A stretch of 64,000 nucleotides of DNA from Synechococcales cyanobacterium SupBloom_Metag_052 (GCA_016463595.1 JAEMQZ010000002.1:588-64587); one strand, 5' to 3'; positions 33,076-43,122 are shown, counted from the first letter of the stretch. The notes: generated by a model not told the origin, from the letters alone. Translations and numbers: made by a program.

Positions 33076-36000
33076 TGGCAACGACCCACCCCCATCCCCG
33101 GATTAGTTTTCTAGAGCGGCTGCATAGCCCCGAGCGACCGGTGTTGGTGTTTGACGGCGCCACCGGCACCTCCCTGCAACAGATGGATCTCAGCGCCGAG
33201 GACTTCGGCGGTGCCGCCCTGGAGGGCTGTAACGAGAACCTGGTGGTGACCCGCCCCGATGTGGTGCGAACGGTCCATCGCCAATTCTTGGAGGTGGGTT
33301 GCGACGTGATCGAAACCGACACCTTTGGTGCGGCCTCGATTGTGCTCGCTGAATACGGCCTTGAAGATCAGGCTTTTGCGCTCAACAAGCGGGCTGCCGA
33401 ACTGGCCCGCGAAGTGGCGGCTGCCTTCAGCACCCCAGATAAACCCCGTTTTGTGGCGGGCTCCATGGGCCCCACCACCAAATTACCGACCCTGGGTCAT
33501 GTCAGCTTTGATGTCCTTAAGGAGTCCTATCGCGAACAGGCCGAAGGTCTGATTGCCGGTGATGTGGACCTGTTTATCGTCGAAACCTGCCAGGACGTGC
33601 TGCAGATCAAGGCAGCCCTCCAGGGGATTGAGGAGGCCTTCAGCCGCTGCGGTGAACGACGCCCGCTCATGGTGTCGGTGACGATGGAAACCACCGGCAC
33701 GATGCTGGTGGGATCGGATATTGCGGCTGTTGTTGCCATCCTTGAACCCTTTCCCATTGATGTGCTTGGCCTCAACTGCGCCACGGGCCCCGAGCAGATG
33801 AAGGAGCACGTGCGCTACCTGAGCGAGAACTGCCCCTTTGTGATCAGTTGCATTCCCAATGCCGGTCTACCGGAAAATGTGGGAGGTGTGGCCCATTACC
33901 GGTTGACACCAATCGCCATGAAGATGCAGCTGATGCACTTCGTTGAAGACCTTGGTGTGCAGGTAATTGGCGGCTGCTGCGGCACGACTCCGGCCCACAT
34001 CGGCGCCCTGGCGGACTTGGCCAAGGAGCTGAAACCAGCACCGCGTCAGGTGCGTAGCCCCGACCTTCGCCGCGAGCGGCCAGCCCTTAGTTACGAGCCA
34101 GCCCTGGCCTCCATCTATGGGGTCACCCCCTACCATCAAGATCAATCGTTCTTGATCATTGGCGAACGGCTTAACGCCAGCGGTTCCAAAAAAGTCCGCG
34201 ACCTACTCAACGTTGAGGATTGGGATGGGCTAGTGGCCCTAGCCCGCGGCCAGCTGAAAGAAAACGCCCACGTGCTCGATGTCAACGTCGACTATGTGGG
34301 ACGGGACGGCGAAAAAGATATGCATGAGCTGGTCAGCCGGCTCGTGACCAATGTAAACCTACCCCTGATGCTCGATTCCACCGAGTGGCAGAAGATGGAG
34401 GCGGGCCTCAAGGTGGCCGGTGGCAAATGCATTCTCAATTCCACCAACTACGAAGATGGCGATGAACGCTTCTTCAAGGTGTTGGAGTTGGCGCGTTCCT
34501 ACGGAGCGGGCGTTGTTATCGGCACGATCGATGAGGAGGGGATGGCGCGCACGGCTGAGCGTAAGTTTGCGATCGCCCAGCGGGCTTACCGCGATGCCCT
34601 CGAATTTGGCATCCCGGCCCATGAAATTTTCTACGACCCCCTGGCCCTGCCGATCTCAACCGGCATTGAAGAAGACCGCAACAATGCGGCTGCCACCCTG
34701 GCAGCCATTGAAAAGATTCGCCGTGACTTGCCTGGCGTGCATGTGGTTCTTGGTGTTAGTAATGTCAGCTTTGGTCTCTCGCCGGCGGCCCGGATTGTAC
34801 TCAATTCTGTTTTCTTAAATGATTGCGTTGCAGCTGGCCTTGATGCGGCAATCATTAGTCCAGCCAAAATTCTGCCCCTGGCCAAAATTTCTGAGGAGCA
34901 CCAGCAGCTTTGCCGCGATCTGGTCTATGACCGGCGCCGTTTTGATGGTGCGATTTGCATCTATGACCCACTCACCGAGCTCACGAAGTTGTTCGAGGGG
35001 GTCAGTGCCAAGCAGGCGCGTGAATCGGGCCCGTCCCTGGCGGACCTGCCGGTGGAAGAGCGGCTTAAGCAGCACATCATTGATGGCGAACGCATCGGTT
35101 TAGAGCCGGCCCTGCAGGAAGCACTGGTTAACCACCCCCCCCTAACGATCATCAACACCTTCCTTTTGGATGGCATGAAGGTGGTGGGCGAGTTGTTTGG
35201 CTCCGGTCAGATGCAGCTGCCGTTTGTATTGCAAAGCGCTGAAACGATGAAGGCGGCCGTGGCCTTCCTCGAGCCCCTGATGGAGAGGGCTGAGGGCGAG
35301 AGCAGTGCCAAGGCTAAATTCCTGATTGCCACCGTCAAAGGCGATGTTCATGACATCGGCAAGAATCTTGTGGATATTATTCTTACCAACAACGGCTATG
35401 AAGTGATTAATCTAGGCATTAAACAGCCTGTCGAAGCGATCATCGAGGCTCAAAAACTTCACCACGCTGATTGCATCGCTCTTAGCGGCCTGCTGGTGAA
35501 ATCTACGGCCTTCATGAAGGACAACCTTCAGGCCTTCAATGAGGCTGGCATCGATGTGCCGGTGATTCTGGGGGGAGCAGCCCTGACGCCCCGTTTTGTC
35601 AACAACGACTGCCGCCAGGTGTACCGGGGCCAGGTGATCTATGGCCGCGATGCCTTTGCCGACCTGCGCTTCATGGATGCCTACGTGGTGGCCCGGGCCA
35701 AGGGCGACTGGGACAACGGCCAGGGGTTTCTGCAGGGTGCCCCCGAGGGGCTCGGTCTAACCCGTGAGCCGGAGGCATCCGATGGGGCAACCCCTGCCCC
35801 GGAGGATCCAGCCAACGCATCCGACCAGCCTGGCGGTACTCCCGAAGTTGAGGAGTTGGCGACTCCCACGCTGCCTGCACCGCTCGACACCAGCCGCTCC
35901 TCTGCCGTGCCGGAGGAGCTGGCGCTCACGCCCCCCTTCTGGGGTAGTTGCGTCCTCACGGAGGCGGACATCGACCTGGGTGAGGTCTTCCGCTACCTGG

Positions 36001-36761
36001 ATCGCAACGCCCTGTTTGCCGGCCAGTGGCAATTGCGCAAAACCCAGCAGCAAAGCCGCGCCGAATACGAGGCGATGTTGGCTGAGAAGGCCGAACCGGT
36101 GCTGCAGCATTGGCTGGGGCGCTGCCTGGCGGAGGGCCTGCTCACCCCCCGGGTGGCCTACGGCTATTTCCCCTGCGGCCGTAGCGGCAATGACCTGGTG
36201 GTGTTTGCTGCCCCGCTCGCGAGCGAGCCTGAGCCGGGTTCGGAGTTGGGTCGGTTCCAGCTGCCCCGTCAGCGGGCTGGCAACCGCTACTGCATTGCCG
36301 ATTTCTACCGGGACCTGGCCGACGTCTCGGGCCCCGCTGATCTTGGCCCCACAGACGTGCTGCCGATGCAGGCCGTGACCATGGGCGAACGGGCCACCCA
36401 GGTGGCCCAGGAGCTGTTCCAGGGCGATCGCTACAGCGATTACCTCTACTTCCATGGCCTGGCCGTGCAGATGGCCGAAGCCCTGGCCGAATGGACCCAT
36501 GCCCGCATTCGCCGCGAACTCGGATTCGCTGCCACGGAACCGGCCGAGCTGCGCGATGTGCTGGCCCAGCGTTATCGAGGCAGCCGCTACTCCTTCGGCT
36601 ATCCCGCCTGCCCCAATGTGGCCGATTCCCGCCAGCAGCTCGCCTGGCTGGGGGCCGACCGTATCGGCCTACGCATGGACGAAAGCGATCAACTCGAACC
36701 AGAACAGAGCACGACCGCCCTGGTGGCCCTGCACAGCCAGGCCCGCTATTTCAGTGCCTGA
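33075..36761 (+). CDS. metH: Cobalamin-dependent methionine synthase
   Basis: Hcy- and pterin-binding barrels. B12-binding DxHxxG (GDVHDIGKN) with SGLL. AdoMet-activation domain ([10 protein letters not shown]). 1228 aa. Confidence 0.95.
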   Translation: MATTHPHPRISFLERLHSPERPVLVFDGATGTSLQQMDLSAEDFGGAALEGCNENLVVTRPDVVRTVHRQFLEVGCDVIETDTFGAASIVLAEYGLEDQAFALNKRAAELAREVAAAFSTPDKPRFVAGSMGPTTKLPTLGHVSFDVLKESYREQAEGLIAGDVDLFIVETCQDVLQIKAALQGIEEAFSRCGERRPLMVSVTMETTGTMLVGSDIAAVVAILEPFPIDVLGLNCATGPEQMKEHVRYLSENCPFVISCIPNAGLPENVGGVAHYRLTPIAMKMQLMHFVEDLGVQVIGGCCGTTPAHIGALADLAKELKPAPRQVRSPDLRRERPALSYEPALASIYGVTPYHQDQSFLIIGERLNASGSKKVRDLLNVEDWDGLVALARGQLKENAHVLDVNVDYVGRDGEKDMHELVSRLVTNVNLPLMLDSTEWQKMEAGLKVAGGKCILNSTNYEDGDERFFKVLELARSYGAGVVIGTIDEEGMARTAERKFAIAQRAYRDALEFGIPAHEIFYDPLALPISTGIEEDRNNAAATLAAIEKIRRDLPGVHVVLGVSNVSFGLSPAARIVLNSVFLNDCVAAGLDAAIISPAKILPLAKISEEHQQLCRDLVYDRRRFDGAICIYDPLTELTKLFEGVSAKQARESGPSLADLPVEERLKQHIIDGERIGLEPALQEALVNHPPLTIINTFLLDGMKVVGELFGSGQMQLPFVLQSAETMKAAVAFLEPLMERAEGESSAKAKFLIATVKGDVHDIGKNLVDIILTNNGYEVINLGIKQPVEAIIEAQKLHHADCIALSGLLVKSTAFMKDNLQAFNEAGIDVPVILGGAALTPRFVNNDCRQVYRGQVIYGRDAFADLRFMDAYVVARAKGDWDNGQGFLQGAPEGLGLTREPEASDGATPAPEDPANASDQPGGTPEVEELATPTLPAPLDTSRSSAVPEELALTPPFWGSCVLTEADIDLGEVFRYLDRNALFAGQWQLRKTQQQSRAEYEAMLAEKAEPVLQHWLGRCLAEGLLTPRVAYGYFPCGRSGNDLVVFAAPLASEPEPGSELGRFQLPRQRAGNRYCIADFYRDLADVSGPADLGPTDVLPMQAVTMGERATQVAQELFQGDRYSDYLYFHGLAVQMAEALAEWTHARIRRELGFAATEPAELRDVLAQRYRGSRYSFGYPACPNVADSRQQLAWLGADRIGLRMDESDQLEPEQSTTALVALHSQARYFSA

Positions 36762-36776
36762 TCGGGCCTAAATCCT

Positions 36777-36815
36777 GGCTCCAGCAGCCCCTGCCTCCTA
36801 GGCGCTGCTGGAGCC
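36777..36815 (+). promoter_or_regulatory. Perfect 12-bp stem-loop between the metH stop and the next ATG
   Basis: GGCTCCAGCAGC (36777-36788) and GCTGCTGGAGCC (36804-36815) are exact reverse complements, separated by a 15-nt loop. The right arm ends at the base before ATG 36816. Confidence 0.6.
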
Positions 36816-37127
36816 ATGGCAGGCTCGGGGGGACCACCCCACCCCCCAGAAGCCATGGCCATTGCCGGTCCCGGAGGCGTCGATGACGCGATTGCTGCAG
36901 GTCTCGACCTGGATGGTTCGCCGATCCCCGTTGCGATGCTGAGCCTTTACAACGAGGTCATGGAGCTGGAAAGTCGCCGGGCCCGCAGTGGTGTGACCAA
37001 ATCGATGCGCAACCGCATTGTCAAAACCGGTTCCAAACATCTCGACCAGCAAACCCTTGACGCTCGCCTCAAGGGGGCTGGCTGGGAGGGCCTCAAGGCC
37101 AAGGAGATTGCCTTCTTCTACGGCTAA
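36816..37127 (+). CDS. Small conserved hypothetical protein (alternative start ATG 36855)
   Basis: 103-aa ORF with a GC-rich third position. No family recognised. Confidence 0.45.
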   Translation: MAGSGGPPHPPEAMAIAGPGGVDDAIAAGLDLDGSPIPVAMLSLYNEVMELESRRARSGVTKSMRNRIVKTGSKHLDQQTLDARLKGAGWEGLKAKEIAFFYG

Positions 37128-37157
37128 GCCGCAGACCTGGCTAAGCCGCAGACCTGG
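37124..37157. repeat. Perfect tandem duplication of a 17-nt unit, CTAAGCCGCAGACCTGG x2
   Basis: 37124-37140 is identical to 37141-37157. The first copy contains the TAA stop (37125-37127) of the preceding ORF. Confidence 0.95.
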
Positions 37158-37324
37158 GTCGAAAACCCATGGGGCCTTGGTCAAAAAGGACGCCTGGGGC
37201 CCATCGCCAGGGCTCCAAGGACAACGGAAAGGTATCGATCCCCATGGTCTAGGACCGGATTTTCGACCAGGCCCTTGGGGATCCCCCTAGGGCTTGGCCT
37301 GCGGCATGGCAGGGCCGCCTGGAT

Positions 37325-37552
37325 TTACAGACAGATCCGCTCCATCGTGTCGATCACCTCCTGCTGGAACTCCTCGAGGTCCGTGGAGTCGCTGAGGTCA
37401 ATCCCCTCACCGGCCGCGTTCTGGCTGAGTTCCTGGAAGTGGAAGGCGCCTTCGCCATTGGCCAAAAATTCCATGGCGGAAGTTTCACCACTCTCCTTGA
37501 AGGCGTCACACAAGGCCAGGAAGGCCGCGTCTTCGGTGAATTCCCAGCTCAT
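37325..37552 (-). CDS. Small acidic hypothetical protein
   Basis: 75-aa ORF (MSWEFTEDAAFLALCDAFKESGE...) in its own slot, convergent with 36816..37127. No family recognised. Confidence 0.45.
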   Translation of the reverse strand: MSWEFTEDAAFLALCDAFKESGETSAMEFLANGEGAFHFQELSQNAAGEGIDLSDSTDLEEFQQEVIDTMERICL

Positions 37553-37677
37553 TTAGGGGGGTCTGCTGAATGACCTTTAACGCGCTCCCCCCCGAATCCG
37601 TCAACCTCTTGGCGAGAATTTGTGCCAGAGCTTCGCCAGAATCGCTCCGAACCGGGCGTCGCCCGACCGCCAAACCC

Positions 37678-38100
37678 ATGAGCCAAACGCCTGTCACCAA
37701 CCCCACCCCTAGCCCCCCTGCCCTCAATGTCCTCGGCCAACCGCTGGAGGTTTGTGGCTGTGAGCCCCTCACCGGTTGGTACCGGGACGGCAGCTGTCGC
37801 ACCGATGGCCAGGATCAGGGAATGCACACGGTCTGCTGCATCGTCAGCGAGGTCTTTCTCACCTACAGCCGCGCCCAGGGCAATGACCTCTCCTCGCCGG
37901 TGCTGGCCTTCAGCTTCCCCGGCCTTAAGGCCGGCGACCACTGGTGCCTCTGCGCTCGCCGCTGGCTCCAGGCCTACGAGGACGGCATGGCCCCGCCGGT
38001 GCGGCTGGAAGCCTGTGAGCAGAGCACCCTCACGGTGATCCCCCTGGAGGTGCTCCAGGGCCATGCGGCGCCAGGGAATGGCGATCCTGATGCCGCATGA
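37678..38100 (+). CDS. DUF2237 family protein
   Basis: ATG 37678 gives LNVLGQPLEVCGCEPLTGWYRDGSCRTDGQDQGMHTVCCIVSEVFL, characteristic of DUF2237 as I recall it. Confidence 0.65.
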   Translation: MSQTPVTNPTPSPPALNVLGQPLEVCGCEPLTGWYRDGSCRTDGQDQGMHTVCCIVSEVFLTYSRAQGNDLSSPVLAFSFPGLKAGDHWCLCARRWLQAYEDGMAPPVRLEACEQSTLTVIPLEVLQGHAAPGNGDPDAA

Positions 38101-38107
38101 TGCCCCC

Positions 38108-39079
38108 ATGGTCCAGCTCCGCATCGCCATCTTGGGTTTGGGTGCTTGGGGCGGCACCCTCGCCGCCCTATGGCGGGACCGGGGCCACCAGGTCGAGGGC
38201 TGGAGCCGCCGCGATGGCGCCGATCCCCTCGCCCTGCTCCCCGGCCAAGACCTGATTGTGGCGGCGATGTCCATGGCTGGTGTGGGCCAGCTGGCCAGCC
38301 AGCTGGCGCCCCAGTGGCCTGCCGGCCTGCCCCTACTGAGCTGTAGCAAAGGCATCGATCTCAAGTCGGGTTGCACGGCTTCCGGCCTCTGGCAGCGGGC
38401 CAACCCCGCCATCCCCCTGCTGGTGCTGAGCGGTCCCAACCTGGCTAGCGAACTGGCCGAGGGATTGCCCGCCGCCAGTGTGCTGGCCTCCAGCGATGGT
38501 GACCTGGCCCGGACCCTTCAGCAGGACCTCAGCTCGGAGCGCCTACGCCTGTACACCAGTTCCGATCCAATCGGCACCGAGGTGGCTGGTGCCCTTAAAA
38601 ACGTGATGGCCATAGCTGCCGGCGTCAGTGATGGGCTGGGTCTGGGTGCGAACGCCAAGGCCTCGCTGCTTTGTCGGGGGTTGGTTGAGATGGGCCTGGT
38701 TTTGGCCGAACTCGGAGGCCATCCCAGCAGCCTCTATGGCTTGGCCGGGTTGGGCGATCTGTTGGCCACAGCCACCAGCCCCCTGAGCCGCAATTACCGC
38801 TTTGGTCTGCTGCTGGCTGAGGGCCTAAGCAGCGCTGCGGCTATTGAGCGAATCGGTGCCACGGTGGAAGGGGTCCCCACAGCCCGGGCCGTGATGCAAT
38901 TAGCCGAACAGCGCGGCTGGACGCTGCCGATCAGCGCTGAAGTCCTCAATCTGGTCGCTGGCACCACCCCTCCGGCAGCGGCGGTGAGGCGCCTGATGGA
39001 GCGTCAGTTGCGGGAGGAGAGGCTGCCCGACCTGGTGGCTGCTTCCGCAACAGCCAGCGCAGCCAGGCCTGCCCCATGA
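38108..39079 (+). CDS. gpsA: NAD(P)H-dependent glycerol-3-phosphate dehydrogenase
   Basis: Motifs IAILGLGAWGGTLA, SCSKGI and GALKNVMAIAAG. ATG 38108 lies just after the DUF2237 stop. Confidence 0.9.
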   Translation: MVQLRIAILGLGAWGGTLAALWRDRGHQVEGWSRRDGADPLALLPGQDLIVAAMSMAGVGQLASQLAPQWPAGLPLLSCSKGIDLKSGCTASGLWQRANPAIPLLVLSGPNLASELAEGLPAASVLASSDGDLARTLQQDLSSERLRLYTSSDPIGTEVAGALKNVMAIAAGVSDGLGLGANAKASLLCRGLVEMGLVLAELGGHPSSLYGLAGLGDLLATATSPLSRNYRFGLLLAEGLSSAAAIERIGATVEGVPTARAVMQLAEQRGWTLPISAEVLNLVAGTTPPAAAVRRLMERQLREERLPDLVAASATASAARPAP

Positions 39080-40014
39080 ACGAAGGCCCCCTCCAGGTTG
39101 CCCTCGTGGAGGCCTTTACGGATGCTCCGTTAGGGGGCAATGGGGCCGGTGTGGTGCTGCTGAGGGAGCCCGCCGGGCCGGCCTGGATGCAGGCCCTAGC
39201 CGCCCGCCTCCACCAATCGGAAACCGCCTTCCTCTGGAGGGACACCGATGGCGAGTGGCGCCTGCGCTGGTTCACCCCCAGCTGTGAAGTGCCCCTCTGC
39301 GGCCACGCCACCCTGGCGGCGGTGCTCGCCCTGGGTCACTGGGGCCAGCTGACGGTGGGCGAGGAGCTGGCCCTGCACAGCCCCAGTGGACCCCTGGCCG
39401 TGCGCCTGGAGGGTTTTGGTCCTGCCAGTGCCCGGATCGTGCTGCCGAGTGCAGGTCTGGAGCCCCAACCGATCCCCCCCTATTTGGCCCAGTTATTGGG
39501 GGAAGCTCCCCTGGCCTACTGGAGTTCGCCCCTGGGCTACCGGGTGGCCCTGATGGCTGACTCCTTTGACCTGGCGGCGTTGGACCAGCCCTCGGCCGAG
39601 TTAAGGGGCCAGGACCGCCAGGGATTCGTGGTGATGCAGCCCCTTGGCCCCAGGCAGCCTCTCACCCTGGCCCAACCGATTGACCCGAACCAGCCCAGGC
39701 CTACGAAGGGGCCCCAGGTGTTGGGCCAGCCGGCCAATTACCAACTGCGTTTCTTCGCCCCTGGTCTGGGCATTGCGGAAGACCCCGTCACCGGCTCTGC
39801 CCATGCCTTGGTGGCGCCCTATTGGCAGGAACGGCTCGCTCAGACGTCCGTCGTGGGGTGGCAGCCCTCCCCCTCGCCCGGTGGCATGGTCTGCACCACG
39901 GCGGCAGCTGGCCGCATTGCCTTGACGGGCAGGGGCCACCTGCTTTGGGATGGGAGCCTGGAGGCTGGCTCCTGCGCCCCGGACCTGGCCAACTGGGGCG
40001 TTTGTGGTCCCTGA
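39076..40014 (+). CDS. PhzF-family isomerase-like protein
   Basis: Motifs VEAFTDAPLGGNGAGVV, SETAFL, PLCGHATLA and DPVTGSAH. Confidence 0.8.
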   Translation: MNEGPLQVALVEAFTDAPLGGNGAGVVLLREPAGPAWMQALAARLHQSETAFLWRDTDGEWRLRWFTPSCEVPLCGHATLAAVLALGHWGQLTVGEELALHSPSGPLAVRLEGFGPASARIVLPSAGLEPQPIPPYLAQLLGEAPLAYWSSPLGYRVALMADSFDLAALDQPSAELRGQDRQGFVVMQPLGPRQPLTLAQPIDPNQPRPTKGPQVLGQPANYQLRFFAPGLGIAEDPVTGSAHALVAPYWQERLAQTSVVGWQPSPSPGGMVCTTAAAGRIALTGRGHLLWDGSLEAGSCAPDLANWGVCGP

Positions 40015-40016
40015 CG

Positions 40017-41009
40017 ATGGCAAGCCCACTCCCCTTTCCCCTTAAGTCGCTTTTGATTGGCCTGCCCCTGGGCTTGGGGGCCCTGGCAATCGGCTTTGCT
40101 GCTGAAGGGCTGATTCCGGCGCCCACACCCTTGAGCGCGGCCATGGTCACGGCCCTGCAGGAGGCTCCGCCGGCGGCCAAGCCCGCGCGCGCCGATGCCA
40201 GGGAGGACCTCGAGGGAGTAGCCGCCCAACGGCTTGGCCAGGGCCCAGGCTTGGCAAGCCTGGCCGCCGCGCAGCTGGCCGCTCCCCAGGTCAACCCAGG
40301 CCCGAACCTGGAGATCCGCATCGCCCTGCTGGCTCTGCCCCAAGACCTGCAGCTGGGTAGCACCGGTGGCTGGTGGTTGCGCAGCCGTGACGGCCGTGTC
40401 CTCGACCAGGGCGGCCCAGGCCAAGGTGTCTCCCTGGTCGAAATCTCCCAAGGGCAACCTGAGCTGTGGCTTGAGCCTGCCCGGGGCCAGTCCCTACTAG
40501 TCAATGGCCGGGCCTACTCGGGCCGCTTGCGTTTGGTGCAGCAAACTTCCGGGCTTCAAGTCATCAACCACCTGCCCTTAGAGGACTACATCGCTTCCGT
40601 CGTGGGCTCGGAAATGCCCAGTAGTTGGAACCTGGAGGCCCTCAAGGCCCAAGCGGTGGCAGCCCGTTCCTACGCCCTTGCCCACATGGCCCGGCCGGCT
40701 AGCCAGCATTGGCACCTGGGCAACACCACCCGCTGGCAGGCCTACAGGGGGCTGGCCGCGGTCAACGGCCGTACCCAGGCCGCTACGGCCGCCACGGCGG
40801 GCCTGATCCTCAGCTACCAGGGAGGAATCGTGGAGAGCCTCTATGCGGCCAACAGCCAAATCAGCTGGGAAGCCCATCGTCACCTGGGCGCCAGCATGAG
40901 CCAGGAGGGTGCAAACGTTCTGGCGAACAAGGGCCAGTCCTATCCCCAGATCCTTGGCCACTACTACCAGGGGGCATCCCTGGCCCGTTTGAAGATCGGT
41001 GCGGGCTGA
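40017..41009 (+). CDS. SpoIID/LytB domain protein (cell-wall amidase enhancer)
   Basis: Motifs LEDYIASVVGSEMPSSWNLEALKAQAVAARSYAL plus an N-terminal TM/signal segment. ATG 40017 lies 2 nt after the phzF-like stop. Confidence 0.8.
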   Translation: MASPLPFPLKSLLIGLPLGLGALAIGFAAEGLIPAPTPLSAAMVTALQEAPPAAKPARADAREDLEGVAAQRLGQGPGLASLAAAQLAAPQVNPGPNLEIRIALLALPQDLQLGSTGGWWLRSRDGRVLDQGGPGQGVSLVEISQGQPELWLEPARGQSLLVNGRAYSGRLRLVQQTSGLQVINHLPLEDYIASVVGSEMPSSWNLEALKAQAVAARSYALAHMARPASQHWHLGNTTRWQAYRGLAAVNGRTQAATAATAGLILSYQGGIVESLYAANSQISWEAHRHLGASMSQEGANVLANKGQSYPQILGHYYQGASLARLKIGAG

Positions 41010-42000
41010 ACGGTTTTGGCAACTGGCCTTAGAGCGCAGCCAGGCGGCGGCGGCTAGTGGAAGCCTCGTGCCCCTGGACACGGAAGTTCTGCCGTTGGGC
41101 CCATTCATCAACGCCAGATCGACCTTTGACCGCCAAGGCGATGCTGGTGATCCCGCCACCACAGCAGCTGACGCCGTTAGCGGCGCTTCTACGGGTGCCA
41201 GCGCCACGCCGAGCCAACACAACGGAGACCAGGGCGGCGCTGGCCCTGGCGCTGGTTTCTCCAACCCAGGCGACTGGCATCCCTTTGTAGTGCGGCGCCT
41301 GCTGTCGGCAACTCCCAAGCACCTCAACCGCGCCGGCCCGCGGCCCAATCCCTTTCTGCCCTGGGATCGGGAACTGGCCGTGGCGCCCCTTGGATCGAGC
41401 CACCTGTTGTTGCTCAATAAGTACCCGGTGCAGGCTGGCCACGTGCTGGTGATTACCCAGGAGTGGCAACCCCAAAAGGGTTGGCTTAGAGCCGCCGATT
41501 GGGCGGCGGTGGCCGAGGTGGATCGGGACACGGGTGGGCTCTGGTTCTTCAATAGTTCCCCAGCCGCTGGAGCTAGCCAGCCCCACCGCCATCTGCAACT
41601 GCTGCCCCGCCTGGCGGGCAGCCCCAGCTGTCCGATGGCCCCCCTCTTGCTCGCCCAACTCCAGGGGGAGCTGGGGCCCTGGGCCTGGAGTTACCGGCTC
41701 AGCCGCCGCAGCCAGAGCGGTGATCCCGAGGAACTTGGCGCCCTCTATGGCGACCATGCCCGCAGCCTGGGCCTCGGCGATCCCCAGCACGATCCCCAGC
41801 CCTTGCACCCCTACAACCTGCTCTTTGACGATCAGTGGTTCCTGACCGTGCAGCGCCATCGCGATGACTGGGCGGGCTTTTCGGTCAATGCCCTCGGCTT
41901 TGCCGGTTACCTGCTGGTCACCGATCGAGCCGATCTGGACTGGCTGCGCAATCGGGGTCCCTGGGCCCTGCTTGAAACCGTGGCCAGCAAAGTTCAGTAA
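40999..42000 (+). CDS. ATP adenylyltransferase / Ap4A phosphorylase II family (Apa2-like)
   Basis: Motifs LLLNKYPVQAGHVLVIT and SPAAGASQPHRHLQLLP. Confidence 0.7.
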   Translation: MRAERFWQLALERSQAAAASGSLVPLDTEVLPLGPFINARSTFDRQGDAGDPATTAADAVSGASTGASATPSQHNGDQGGAGPGAGFSNPGDWHPFVVRRLLSATPKHLNRAGPRPNPFLPWDRELAVAPLGSSHLLLLNKYPVQAGHVLVITQEWQPQKGWLRAADWAAVAEVDRDTGGLWFFNSSPAAGASQPHRHLQLLPRLAGSPSCPMAPLLLAQLQGELGPWAWSYRLSRRSQSGDPEELGALYGDHARSLGLGDPQHDPQPLHPYNLLFDDQWFLTVQRHRDDWAGFSVNALGFAGYLLVTDRADLDWLRNRGPWALLETVASKVQ

Positions 42001-42101
42001 TTTCACGCTGGCGCCAAACGGCGATTGGGCAGTTCTTGGAAAGGGGAAGGCTGGCTTTAGTCCCGTCCCTCCCCCCTTACATCAACCTGTCTTGCCATCC
42101 C

Positions 42102-42914
42102 ATGGCCGTTTCTCGTCGTTCCTCCATTCAAGAGCCCGGTTTTCAGGGCCCTCTCGATCAAGCCCCAGCCGTTCGAATTCCGCTGGATCAAGTCCCCTTC
42201 TTGCCGATCCAAACCGCCCCTTTTATTGCGGGCCGACAGGTTGGAGCCAGGTTGCGGCTCCAGGCCAGCCTGGCCCTAGTGGCACCGATTGCCCGCCACT
42301 ACGCCCGCCTCACCAAGGAGTCGGCCGACGACCTCAGCCAGGTGGGCCTGCTAGGCCTGTTGCGTGCGGCTGAGCTCTATGTCCCAGGGCGGGGCCTGCC
42401 CTTTGAACCCTTTGCCCGCCAGCACATCCGTGGCGCCATCCTCCATTACCTGCGGGACCAGGCCCCCCTGGTGCGGATCCCACGGCGCCGCCAGGAGTTG
42501 GAGCAGCAGAGACGTCGTTGTGAAAGTCGTCTCCAGGCCGAACTGGGTCTTGCGGCTCCCGCAGAGGCGGTGCGGCGGGCCATGGGCCTGAGCCTGAACC
42601 AATGGCAGCGCCTAGAGGCAACCCCCGTAAGCCATCGCATCGTGAGCCTGGAGGAAGCCTCGGAACCCCTTGGCTGCGATCAAGAGCCAGACGGTCCTGA
42701 GGATCCGCGCGGCGCCCGTGCCCTAGCCCTTTTAGAGCAACTCCCGCCCCAGCAAGCTGCAGCAATTAAGGCAGTGATTCTCACCGGCAGCAGCCTGCGG
42801 CAGGTGGCAAGCGACTGGCAAGTGAGTGCCAGCACGGTGCACCGTCAGCTGCACCGGGGCCTGGCCGAACTCAAGCGTCGCCTGGAGTTTCCATCTGACG
42901 CCGTAGCGTGCTGA
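42102..42914 (+). CDS. Group-3 (SigF-like) sigma-70 family RNA polymerase sigma factor
   Basis: Region 2: DLSQVGLLGLLRAAELY...FARQHIRGAILHYLRD. Region 4 HTH: LRQVASDWQVSASTVHRQLHRGLAELK. ATG 42102 lies inside the TTG-opened ORF. Confidence 0.8.
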   Translation: MAVSRRSSIQEPGFQGPLDQAPAVRIPLDQVPFLPIQTAPFIAGRQVGARLRLQASLALVAPIARHYARLTKESADDLSQVGLLGLLRAAELYVPGRGLPFEPFARQHIRGAILHYLRDQAPLVRIPRRRQELEQQRRRCESRLQAELGLAAPAEAVRRAMGLSLNQWQRLEATPVSHRIVSLEEASEPLGCDQEPDGPEDPRGARALALLEQLPPQQAAAIKAVILTGSSLRQVASDWQVSASTVHRQLHRGLAELKRRLEFPSDAVAC

Positions 42915-43053
42915 TCGTGGCATCGAGGGCCGCGAGCTGACGTTCCAGGCCCTCCCGCCAGAAGGTGAGCATGTGTAACTTGCGCTCCTGATGGCGGCGG
43001 CGGAAGGTTTCGGGCGCTTCGGAGGGCAGGCAGCAGCCAAAGGGGGGGATCAT
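42871..43053 (-). CDS. Small hypothetical protein (60 aa, or 33 aa from the internal Met), convergently overlapping the 3' end of the sigma gene
   Basis: Third codon positions are predominantly G/C when read by hand, as in real genes here. It has a helical C-terminal half (MLTFWREGLERQLAALDATISTLRRQ). No family recognised. Confidence 0.4.
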   Translation of the reverse strand: MIPPFGCCLPSEAPETFRRRHQERKLHMLTFWREGLERQLAALDATISTLRRQMETPGDA

Positions 43054-43094
43054 GGGAAAATGGTGACAGTTCTGCCTTTCTAGCCAGCCCCTGG

Positions 43095-43122
43095 TGCCAG
43101 TGCGGTGGCGCCAGTGCGGTGG
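43095..43122. repeat. Tandem duplication of a 14-nt unit (TGCCAGTGCGGTGG / CGCCAGTGCGGTGG)
   Basis: 13 of 14 positions are identical. It spans the candidate GTG starts (43105, 43114) of the downstream ORF. Confidence 0.9.
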
